NCBI GenBank assembly: GCA_963757525.1
Contig: CAVWRM010000002.1
Location: 12,795 to 76,794 of the forward strand
Direction of reading: 5' to 3'
DNA: 64,000 nt
Source: an uncultured Gemmatimonadales bacterium
GTDB taxonomy: Bacteria; Gemmatimonadota; Gemmatimonadetes; Gemmatimonadales; GWC2-71-9
Shown here: positions 55,006 to 64,000 of the stretch, piece after piece
Layout of the letters: each line of letters starts with the position of its first letter
Position numbering within the stretch: position 1 is the stretch's first letter
Notes under the pieces: model-generated
The model's input: the letters and a program-made list of their open reading frames with translations, nothing else
The model's database searches: none
Told to the model about the DNA's origin: nothing
Program-made: the position numbers and the translations under genes

Positions 55006-56465
55006 ACCGACGCGCCGGTCTCCGGCGCTTCCCCGCCTTCGCCATCCTGGCGGCCCTGCTCGCGGGCTGCGTGTACTACAACGGCATGTACAACACCAAC
55101 CGGCTCGCCCGATCGGCCCGCAAGGCCGAGCGCGAGGGCAAGCCCTACGAGGCGCAGAGCCTGTGGGGGCAGGTCGTCACGCGGGCGGAGTCGGTGGAGG
55201 TCCGCCATCCGCGCAGCAAGTACGCTCCACAGGCCGCCGTGCTCCGCGGCCTCGCCATGTCGCGGCTCGGCCAATGTGAGGCCGCCATCGCGCCGCTCAA
55301 CCAGGCCTCGCTGCTCCCGCCTGGTGACCTCGCGGATGAGGCGGCGCTCGCCCTGGGGCGCTGCCAGCTTCAGATGGGCGACCCCGCCTCGGCCGACCTC
55401 GCATTCGCCCGGCTGGTCGACAGCCGCGACACGTACATCAGGAGCGAGGCCCGATACCAGCATGGGCGGGCGCTGCGGATGACGGGGCACTTCGAGGAAG
55501 CGGTGGCGCTCTTTCGAAACGAGTCGGGGCGGCGAGTGGCGGACGAGCTGCTGATCTCGCTGGCCGGCGCCGGGAGAGATACGGAGGCCGATTCGCTCGC
55601 CGCCGCGCTCCTGGCGACCAACGACACCACTCGGAAATGGGACTCGCTCGTCGTGGCGGTGGGGCGGGTGAATCCGTCGGCCGCGGGAAGGCTGGTGGAC
55701 CGGCTCGGGACCGGTCCCGGGACATCGCCCATGATCATGAGCCGGCGTCTGTACGAGGACGGCGTCCGCCTCGAACCGGTGGACTCGGCGCGCGCGGTCG
55801 CCCGCTTCCGTGAGGCGGCGCGTATCGGGGCGGGCACCGAGGCCGGCGAACGGGCGTCTCTCCGTCTCCTCCGCCAGGACATCGCCGCCGCCCGCTCGGT
55901 CTCCGCCCTCGGCCCGGCATTTGATACGCTTCGCGCGCTGGCGTCTCACGGCGCGAGCGTTGCCGGGGAGTCGGCCCAGCTTCTGGGCGCCGTCACACGG
56001 GTGCGCGTGGCCGCCGACTCGGGCAGTCCGGAATATCCCCAGGGAGATCTTCGCCTGTTTCTGGCCGCCGAAGTCGCCAGGGACTCGCTCAGGGCCCCGC
56101 TGGTTGCGAACGAGCTGTTCCGCCGCATCGTCGATCAGTGGTCCGACTCGCCGTACGCTCCCAAGGCGCTCCTCGCCGCGCAAGTTCTGGACTCGACGCT
56201 GGCCGATTCCGCGCAGGTTCTCTTCACCGAGCGCTACTACGATAGTCCCTACATGGCCATGCTGCGGGGTGACTCCGCCGATGGCTACCGGGCGCTCGAG
56301 GACTCGCTCCAGGCCTTTGCGGGCAAGCTGCCCGCCGCTCGCGGCGCGCCGCCTGCCGTCCGGCGCCGACCAGGCCAGCCCAATCCGCCCCCCGGCGACC
56401 GCCGCCGCCCACGCAAACCGGATGCACCGGACGACGTCTCCGGTGGCCGGCGCGTTCTCCAGTGA
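55002..56465 (+). CDS. TPR-like repeat lipoprotein, unknown function
   Basis: Signal/lipobox FAILAALLAGC, followed by a helical-repeat sequence. GTGA overlap with the amidase gene. Confidence 0.65.
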   Translation: MNRRAGLRRFPAFAILAALLAGCVYYNGMYNTNRLARSARKAEREGKPYEAQSLWGQVVTRAESVEVRHPRSKYAPQAAVLRGLAMSRLGQCEAAIAPLNQASLLPPGDLADEAALALGRCQLQMGDPASADLAFARLVDSRDTYIRSEARYQHGRALRMTGHFEEAVALFRNESGRRVADELLISLAGAGRDTEADSLAAALLATNDTTRKWDSLVVAVGRVNPSAAGRLVDRLGTGPGTSPMIMSRRLYEDGVRLEPVDSARAVARFREAARIGAGTEAGERASLRLLRQDIAAARSVSALGPAFDTLRALASHGASVAGESAQLLGAVTRVRVAADSGSPEYPQGDLRLFLAAEVARDSLRAPLVANELFRRIVDQWSDSPYAPKALLAAQVLDSTLADSAQVLFTERYYDSPYMAMLRGDSADGYRALEDSLQAFAGKLPAARGAPPAVRRRPGQPNPPPGDRRRPRKPDAPDDVSGGRRVLQ

Positions 56466-57340
56466 GGGCGGCCCGCGACCTGTCGAGGACGGTCTTCGGC
56501 CGCCAATTCCAGAATCCGATCCTGCTGGCCGCCGGGACCGCCGGATTCGGCCGCGAGCTTGACGGGATCGTGGATCTCGAGCGGCTGGGAGGTCTTGTCA
56601 CCAAGGCGGTATCACGCGAGCCCCGAACCGGAAACCCTCCACCTCGGGTAGCCGAGTTCCGGGGTGGCATGCTCAATTCGGTGGGACTGGCGAATCCGGG
56701 GTTGCAACGAGTCCGTGCCGAGGAATTGCCGTGGCTGGCATCGCGGCTCGGGCGCGCGCGCGTCATCGTCAACGTCGTCGGGTTTACCGTGGAGGAGTAC
56801 GGCGAGGTCGTCGCCGGGCTCGACGGTGCTCCCGGTGTCACCGCCCTGGAGCTCAACCTGTCCTGTCCCAATACCAGCGCGGGCGGCATCGAGTTCGGGG
56901 CCGACCCCGAGTCTGTCCGCCGCATCGTCACGCTTTGTCGCCGACTGACGAGCCTCCCGCTCGCGGCCAAGCTTTCGCCCGTGCTGCCGGACATCGCGGG
57001 AATGGCCCTCGTGGCCAGGGACGCCGGAGCCGACGCGATCACGGTAGTCAACACCATGCCCGGCCTGCTCTTCAGCGATGCCGCCACGGCCAGGCTGGGG
57101 CAGGGAAACGGAGGCGTGAGCGGGCCGGCGCTGTTGCCGGTGGGCGTGCTGGCTGCTGCCCGGGTCCTGGAGGGCACCGGGGGAATGCCCGTCATCGGCG
57201 TCGGTGGCGTGCGATCGGCGGAGGACGTGGAACACTACCTGCGGGTAGGCGCCAGCCTCGTGGGGGTGGGCACCGCCGCACTGGCCGACCCCCGATTGCC
57301 CGAGCGGATCGTGTCCGACCTGGAGGGCTCGAATGGCTGA
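56462..57340 (+). CDS. pyrD: dihydroorotate dehydrogenase (class 1)
   Basis: FQNPILLAAGT, GGMLNSVGLANPG, ELNLSCPNT (active-site Cys), and VIGVGGV. GTGA overlap with the upstream gene. Confidence 0.9.
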   Translation: MRAARDLSRTVFGRQFQNPILLAAGTAGFGRELDGIVDLERLGGLVTKAVSREPRTGNPPPRVAEFRGGMLNSVGLANPGLQRVRAEELPWLASRLGRARVIVNVVGFTVEEYGEVVAGLDGAPGVTALELNLSCPNTSAGGIEFGADPESVRRIVTLCRRLTSLPLAAKLSPVLPDIAGMALVARDAGADAITVVNTMPGLLFSDAATARLGQGNGGVSGPALLPVGVLAAARVLEGTGGMPVIGVGGVRSAEDVEHYLRVGASLVGVGTAALADPRLPERIVSDLEGSNG

Positions 57341-58025
57341 GCTCATCGTGGCGCTCGATGTTCCCCACGCCGGCGCGGCGCTCAGCCTCCTCGACCGTTT
57401 GCCTGATGTCCGGTGGGTCAAGCTCGGCTCGGTGCTCATGACCCGCGAAGGTCCGGGGCTGGTGCGCGAGCTGGTGAACCGGTCCGTCCAGGTGTTCCTC
57501 GACCTCAAGTGGCACGACATCCCCAACACCGTCGCGGAAGCGGTCGCGGGCGCAAGAGAGCTCGGCGTCGCCATGGCGACGGTGCACACGGCCGGAGGGG
57601 CGACGATGATGCGGGCGGCGGCGGCCGCCGCGGGCCAGGAGCTGTCCATCGTGGGGGTCACGGTGCTGACCTCGCACGACGCGTCCTCCTACGCCCGGGC
57701 CGTCGGCCGCGATCGGGTGGAGCTCCCGGACGAGGTCGTGCGGCTCGCCGGTGAGGCGACGGAGGCCGGATTGTCGGGCGTCGTCTGCTCGCCGCGCGAG
57801 GTGTCGCTGGTCCGGGCTCGCCTCCGTCCCGGAGCCCGCATCGTAGTGCCCGGGATCCGCCGCCGCGCCGATCCTCGTGGCGACCAGGTGCGGGTGGCTA
57901 CGGCCGCGGACGCCGCCGCGGCGGGCGCGACGCATCTCGTGGTCGGTCGCCCCATCCTCCAGGCGGCCGACCCCGCCGCGGCGTTCACCGAGCTCCTCGA
58001 GGAGGCCCAGTGCGTGGGCTCCTGA
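57333..58025 (+). CDS. pyrF: orotidine 5'-phosphate decarboxylase
   Basis: LIVALDV, VFLDLKWHDIPNTV (the DxKxxD active site), and LVVGRPI. Confidence 0.9.
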   Translation: MAELIVALDVPHAGAALSLLDRLPDVRWVKLGSVLMTREGPGLVRELVNRSVQVFLDLKWHDIPNTVAEAVAGARELGVAMATVHTAGGATMMRAAAAAAGQELSIVGVTVLTSHDASSYARAVGRDRVELPDEVVRLAGEATEAGLSGVVCSPREVSLVRARLRPGARIVVPGIRRRADPRGDQVRVATAADAAAAGATHLVVGRPILQAADPAAAFTELLEEAQCVGS

Positions 58026-58441
58026 TCGCCTGCGCGATATCCCTCGGAATTCAGGTGGGACACGCCCAATCCGCGCCGGGCACGCCGGCGGGCCTGAGTG
58101 AGGCGGCGGAGCGCGCCCGGCGGGCCTGGTTCGCCCACGATGCCGGCGGACTGGTCGCGGACAGCCCCCGTCTCGTGGTCCAGCTCCCGGGCGCCGATCC
58201 GTCGGCAGCCCTGGAGCCGGCCCAGGCCGCGGCTCTAATCCGGGACTACCTGGCATCTGCGGAGGAGGTGGAGACCGTCGTGAGCGCGGCGCGGGAGGTG
58301 GAGGGAGGCAGGGGATACGTCGAGATCCAGCGCCGCTATCGGGTCTCCGGCACCCAGGACGTGCGGACCCAGAGCCTCCTCCTGGGGTACCGCCAGGGGC
58401 GGTCCGGATGGCTCCTGGTGGAGTTGCGGGTGGTGGCTTGA
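58010..58441 (+). CDS. hypothetical exported protein
   Basis: Signal peptide (MRGLLIACAISLGIQVGHAQS), followed by a 120-aa globular sequence ending SGWLLVELRVVA (NTF2/DUF4783-like by eye). GTG start. Confidence 0.55.
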   Translation: MRGLLIACAISLGIQVGHAQSAPGTPAGLSEAAERARRAWFAHDAGGLVADSPRLVVQLPGADPSAALEPAQAAALIRDYLASAEEVETVVSAAREVEGGRGYVEIQRRYRVSGTQDVRTQSLLLGYRQGRSGWLLVELRVVA

Positions 58442-58481
58442 GGGGGCGGGGCAGCGGAGCTTCGAGAGAGCCGTAAGCGGC

Positions 58482-58510
58482 TTGCACAACTGAAGATTCG
58501 GGTCTATCTT
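58482..58510 (+). promoter_or_regulatory. candidate sigma70-type promoter of the rpmJ-rplQ operon
   Basis: TTGCAC (58482-58487), a 17-nt spacer, then TATCTT (58505-58510). It lies ~35 nt upstream of the rpmJ GTG, and GGAG sits 8 nt before that start. Confidence 0.4.
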
Positions 58511-58544
58511 AGCAAGCTAGTCTATAACCGGCCCGGAGACTTCA

Positions 58545-58661
58545 GTGAAGGTTCGTTCCAGCGTCAAGCCGATTTGCGAGCACTGCAAGGTCGTCAAGCG
58601 ACAGGGCGTGACCCGCATCATCTGCAAGCGCAATCCCAAACATAAGCAGCGGCAGGGCTGA
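58545..58661 (+). CDS. rpmJ: 50S ribosomal protein L36
   Basis: My translation is [38 protein letters not shown] (38 aa, below the ORF-track cutoff). GTG start. Confidence 0.9.
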   Translation: MKVRSSVKPICEHCKVVKRQGVTRIICKRNPKHKQRQG

Positions 58662-58663
58662 TC

Positions 58664-59044
58664 ATGGCGCGCATCGCAGGCGTCGATCTCCCGCGCGAAA
58701 AGCGGGTCGAGACCGCCCTCACGTATATCTACGGTATCGGCCGCCCCACGAGTGCGCGGATCCTCGGTGAGACGGGCGTCAGCCCGGACACTCGGGTGCG
58801 CGATCTCTCCGATACGGAAGTCGCCCGCCTCCGCCAGATCATCGAGCGTTCGGTGAAGGTGGAAGGTGCGCTCCGTACCGAAATCGCGATGAACATCAAG
58901 CGACTGATGGACATCGGGAGCTACCGCGGCATCCGCCATCGCCGCGGGCTGCCGGTCCGCGGTCAGCGGACCCATACCAATGCCCGGACCAAGAAGGGTC
59001 CGCGGCGTGCCATCGCCGGCAAGAAGAAAGTGACCAAGAAGTAA
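58664..59044 (+). CDS. rpsM: 30S ribosomal protein S13
   Basis: [26 protein letters not shown]...[25 protein letters not shown]. Confidence 0.97.
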   Translation: MARIAGVDLPREKRVETALTYIYGIGRPTSARILGETGVSPDTRVRDLSDTEVARLRQIIERSVKVEGALRTEIAMNIKRLMDIGSYRGIRHRRGLPVRGQRTHTNARTKKGPRRAIAGKKKVTKK

Positions 59045-59455
59045 ATGACTGCTCCCGCATCCCCGACGCCCGCCAAGGCGCCGGCCGCCAAGCGCGCCAA
59101 AAAGGTGGTCGAGTCCGAGGGCATCGCCCACATCTCGGCCACCTTCAACAACCTCCTGATCACCATCACCGATATGCGGGGCAACACCCTCGCGTGGGGA
59201 TCGGCGGGCAAGGCCGGGTTCAAGGGCTCCAAGAAGTCCACTCCGTTCGCGGCCACCGTCGCCGCGGAGAACTGCGGCCGCGAGGCGATGAATCTCGGCC
59301 TGCGCCGGGTCCACGTCCGGGTCCAGGGGCCTGGCAGCGGCCGCGAATCGGCCATCCAGGCGCTCGCCTCGGTGGGGCTTCGGGTGGTGTCGATTCGCGA
59401 CGTTACCCCCATCCCGCACAACGGCTGCCGTCCTCCCAAGAAGCGGCGGGTCTGA
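59045..59455 (+). CDS. rpsK: 30S ribosomal protein S11
   Basis: [30 protein letters not shown]...[13 protein letters not shown]...[18 protein letters not shown]. Confidence 0.97.
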   Translation: MTAPASPTPAKAPAAKRAKKVVESEGIAHISATFNNLLITITDMRGNTLAWGSAGKAGFKGSKKSTPFAATVAAENCGREAMNLGLRRVHVRVQGPGSGRESAIQALASVGLRVVSIRDVTPIPHNGCRPPKKRRV

Positions 59456-59458
59456 GCC

Positions 59459-60094
59459 ATGTCGAGATACGTGGGTCCCAGCTGCCGTCTGTGCCGCCGC
59501 GAAGGCGTCAAGTTGTTCCTGAAGGGCACCAAGTGCCTCACCGAGAAGTGCCCCGTCGAGCGTCGCGCCTACGCGCCCGGCCAGCATGGGCAGTCCGGCG
59601 GACGCCAGCGCAAGGCGTCCGAGTATGCCAAGCAGATGCGTGAAAAGCAGAAGGTGAAGCGGATGTACGGCCTCTCCGAGCGCCAGTTCCGCAATACGTT
59701 CGACGCGGTAACGCGGGAGCCTGGCGTGAAGGGCACCAACCTGCTCGTCGCGCTCGAGAGCCGGCTCGACAATATCGTCTACCGCATGGGCTTCGCGGCC
59801 AGCCGGAAGGCGGCCCGCCAGTTCATCGGGCACGGCCACGTCGAAGTGAACGGCCACCGGGTCGACATTCCCGCGTACCGGGTCGTCCCCGGAGAAGAAG
59901 TGCGGGTCGCGCCGGCCAGCCGGGAGAGCGTGTCGGTCAAGCTCGCCCAGGAGGCCGCGTCGCGCGGCCAGCCGGTTTCGTGGATCACGGTGGACGCCGA
60001 CAAGGCGGCCGGCCGGGTCACCGAGCGCCCGACCCGCGACGCCATCCCGATCAACGCCCAAGAACAGCTCATCGTCGAGCTCTACTCGAAGTGA
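59459..60094 (+). CDS. rpsD: 30S ribosomal protein S4
   Basis: MSRYVGPSCRLCRREGVKLFLKG...YGLSERQFRN...LESRLDNIVYRMGFA. Confidence 0.97.
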   Translation: MSRYVGPSCRLCRREGVKLFLKGTKCLTEKCPVERRAYAPGQHGQSGGRQRKASEYAKQMREKQKVKRMYGLSERQFRNTFDAVTREPGVKGTNLLVALESRLDNIVYRMGFAASRKAARQFIGHGHVEVNGHRVDIPAYRVVPGEEVRVAPASRESVSVKLAQEAASRGQPVSWITVDADKAAGRVTERPTRDAIPINAQEQLIVELYSK

Positions 60095-60096
60095 CC

Positions 60097-61155
60097 ATGA
60101 CCATTGACCTGACCGGCCTGGTTCGTCCCCACCTCGTCGAGATGACCAAGCGGGACGACAACCCGAACGCCGCCGAGTTCCGGCTCCAGCCGCTGGAACG
60201 GGGCTTCGGCTACACCCTCGGCAATTCACTCCGCCGTCTCCTCCTCTCCTCGCTGCGGGGCAGCGCGGTCTGGGGCTTCCGCCTCGATGGGGTGGTGCAC
60301 GAGCACCAGACGGTGCAGGGCGTCCTCGAGGACGTCCACCAGATCGTGCAGCGCCTCAAGGCCCTCACACTGGTGATGGCCGAGGACGTCGACGAGGCGG
60401 TGCTCCATGTCCGCCGCGACGGCGCCGGGCCCGTGTACGCCCGCGATATCCAGGAGCACGGGTCGGTGACGGTGAAGAACCCCGACCACCTGCTCTTCAC
60501 GCTCCAGGACGACCGCGAGGTCACCATGGAGCTGTACGTGAACAAGGGCCGCGGCTACGTCGAGGCCGAGATGCATCCCGCCGACCGGTCGCTCCCCGTC
60601 GACCTGGTGCGGATCGACGCCATCTACAATCCGGTGCGCCGGGCCAACTTCTCGGTGGCCGAAACCCGCGTGGGCCAGCGGACCGACTACGACCGGCTCA
60701 CGGTGTCGGTCGAGACCAACGGCACCATCACGCCGGAAGACGCCATCGCCTACGCGGCCGCCCTGGCCCAGGTTCATTTCCAGTATTTCGTGGACTTCGG
60801 CAAGGTGCCCACCATGCGCGATGCCGGGGCCCCGTCGGGGCCCGGCACCGGCGGCAACCTGCGCCAGCGCCTCGCCCGGCCCATCGACGACTTCGGGCTC
60901 TCGGTGCGGTCGCTCAACTCGCTCAAGAACTCGAACATCCGGACGCTCAAGGACCTGGTCGAGTTCTCCGAGGACGATCTGCTCAAGGTCAAGAACGTGG
61001 GCGAGAAGGCCCTCGGCGAGATCGCCGAGCTGCTGCAGCGTGAAGGGTTGAATTTCGGGATGGGCTTCGAGGAGGCCGACGGCGAGCTTCGCATCGCTCG
61101 CGCGGGCAGCCCGCCCGTCGCCCAGCCTCCCGCCGGCACCGGGGACTCGCTCTGA
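60097..61155 (+). CDS. rpoA: DNA-directed RNA polymerase subunit alpha
   Basis: GFGYTLGNSLRRLLLSSL, and a C-terminal domain LSVRSLNSLKNSNIRTLKDLV...LLKVKNVGEKALGEI. ATG 60097 lies inside ORF 59980..61155. Confidence 0.97.
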   Translation: MTIDLTGLVRPHLVEMTKRDDNPNAAEFRLQPLERGFGYTLGNSLRRLLLSSLRGSAVWGFRLDGVVHEHQTVQGVLEDVHQIVQRLKALTLVMAEDVDEAVLHVRRDGAGPVYARDIQEHGSVTVKNPDHLLFTLQDDREVTMELYVNKGRGYVEAEMHPADRSLPVDLVRIDAIYNPVRRANFSVAETRVGQRTDYDRLTVSVETNGTITPEDAIAYAAALAQVHFQYFVDFGKVPTMRDAGAPSGPGTGGNLRQRLARPIDDFGLSVRSLNSLKNSNIRTLKDLVEFSEDDLLKVKNVGEKALGEIAELLQREGLNFGMGFEEADGELRIARAGSPPVAQPPAGTGDSL

Positions 61156-61511
61156 TGCGTCACCGCGCCAAGGGCCGGCAGCTCTCGCGAACGTCGACAC
61201 ACCGGCGGGCATTGCTGAACAACATGGCTGCCAGCCTGTTCGAGCACGGCCGCATCATCACCACCGAGGCCAAGGCCAAAGAGCTGCGGCCCTTCGCCGA
61301 GAAGCTCATCACTCTGGCCCGCCGCGGCGACCTGCACGCGCGGCGGCTGGTGGAGCGGCGGATCAAGAGCCGGGAGACGCTCTCGCGTCTGTTCTCCGAG
61401 ATCGGTCCCCGGTTCGCCGCGCGTCCCGGGGGGTACACCCGGATTCTCAAGCTGGGGCACCGTGACGGCGACGGCGCGGACATCGCGCGCATCGAGTTGC
61501 TCTCCGAGTGA
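61155..61511 (+). CDS. rplQ: 50S ribosomal protein L17
   Basis: MRHRAKGRQLSRTSTHRRALLNNMAASLFEHGRIITTEAKAKELRPFAEKLITLA. Confidence 0.97.
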   Translation: MRHRAKGRQLSRTSTHRRALLNNMAASLFEHGRIITTEAKAKELRPFAEKLITLARRGDLHARRLVERRIKSRETLSRLFSEIGPRFAARPGGYTRILKLGHRDGDGADIARIELLSE

Positions 61512-61540
61512 CCGGCGTCTCTGCGTCTGGAAACACGAAA

Positions 61541-61563
61541 GGGGACCTTCGGGTCCCCTTTTT
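61541..61563 (+). terminator. Rho-independent terminator after rplQ
   Basis: ggggacc-ttcg-ggtcccc followed by ttttt. It lies between the convergent genes rplQ and rpmB. Confidence 0.8.
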
Positions 61564-61587
61564 CGGCCGCGATGCGGCTGGTGGGAG

Positions 61588-61797
61588 CTAGACGGCGGCG
61601 CGGACGCGCGGCGCCTTTACCACCCGGTTACTCTTCAGGCACTGCGTGCACACCCGCACTCTGCGCGGCGTGCCATCCACCAAAATGCGCACGGTTTGCA
61701 GGTTGGGATACCAGCGCCGCTTGCTGCGATTGTTGGCGTGGCTGACGTTGTTGCCGGTGACCGGCCCCTTGGAGCACACGGTACATACCCGTGCCAT
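61588..61797 (-). CDS. rpmB: 50S ribosomal protein L28
   Basis: [37 protein letters not shown] 61797 lies inside ORF 61588..61923. Confidence 0.93.
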   Translation of the reverse strand: MARVCTVCSKGPVTGNNVSHANNRSKRRWYPNLQTVRILVDGTPRRVRVCTQCLKSNRVVKAPRVRAAV

Positions 61798-61870
61798 AGC
61801 GATCCGTCCTTCGAAGAGTCCTGGTGTCAACGACCCGGAGCCCCAAAAGCTAACGTGCCGCCAGCCATGA

Positions 61871-63808
<1,938 letters not shown>

Positions 63809-63825
<17 letters not shown>

Positions 63826-64000
63826 CCTCAAGACCATTCTCCTCATCGGGTCCGGGCCGATCGTCATCGGACAGGGCGCGGAATTCGACTACTCCGGCAC
63901 CCAGGCGGTGCGGGCTCTCAAGGAAGAGGGATACCGGGTCGTCCTGGTCAATTCCAATCCCGCGACGATCATGACCGATCCCGAGCTGGCCGACCGCACC
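63809..64000 (+). CDS. carB: carbamoyl-phosphate synthase large subunit (3' end outside window)
   Basis: [64 protein letters not shown]. The frame is open to the window edge. Confidence 0.9.

Noticed and set aside
58517-60229. 570-aa minus-strand ORF opposite rpmJ-rpsM-rpsK-rpsD
   Set aside because: It is antisense to universally conserved ribosomal protein genes and has no domain signal.

Overview
The window is very GC-rich bacterial chromosome, densely coded. By eye the GC content is well above 65%; I did not compute it. TonB/ExbB/ExbD genes point to a diderm. The gene content would fit Gemmatimonadota or a similar lineage, but I cannot prove that from sequence alone. About 70 coding regions can be supported, and most are housekeeping.

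**Gene content, in order:**
- A hybrid histidine kinase, 5' partial.
- A TIR-domain membrane protein convergent with a SLOG-like/six-TM protein, plus an orphan receiver domain.
- mreB, sodA and a peroxiredoxin.
- A HK-RR-HK two-component cluster.
- tonB-exbB-exbD-exbD-tonB-like.
- An APC permease.
- A GlcNAc/MurNAc recycling cluster: BadF-type kinase, two Na+/solute symporters, NagZ and NamZ/DUF1343, with erpA embedded.
- A CDP-alcohol phosphatidyltransferase plus inositol-3-phosphate synthase.
- A membrane pyrophosphatase.
- 2-oxoacid dehydrogenase E1alpha/E1beta/E2.
- A frameshifted PHP phosphoesterase, two SDRs and an unknown FAD-type protein.
- trxB and an MBL hydrolase.
- A GT4-DUF2334-flippase-like module.
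- aspA.
- Rrf2-cysM-mec(JAMM)-cysO::moeZ.
- tRNA-Leu(CAG), smpB and an amidase.
- pyrD and pyrF.
- The alpha ribosomal operon (rpmJ-rpsM-rpsK-rpsD-rpoA-rplQ), then rpmB.
- gmd/rmd and the start of carB.

No transposase, integrase, CRISPR array or rRNA was seen.

**Most interesting observations:**
1. The TIR-TM-PepSY-like protein sits tail-to-tail with a SLOG-like domain fused to three 2TM (SLATT-like) modules. This has the signal-producer plus signal-sensor/membrane-effector logic of Thoeris, in an arrangement I do not recognise as described.
2. The sulfur carrier CysO is fused in frame to its E1/rhodanese activator MoeZ, directly behind a JAMM protease gene.
3. Several families of 7-14 bp intergenic tandem and inverted repeats form MITE/REP-like hairpin elements.
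4. Two genes have conserved N-terminal motifs upstream of any ATG/GTG/TTG codon, which suggests CTG starts. A PHP gene is broken at a G6 tract.
5. Two divergent lipoprotein genes appear to share a palindromic GTGCAC as overlapping start codons.

The many long antisense or out-of-frame ORFs in the track are GC-driven artefacts and were rejected.
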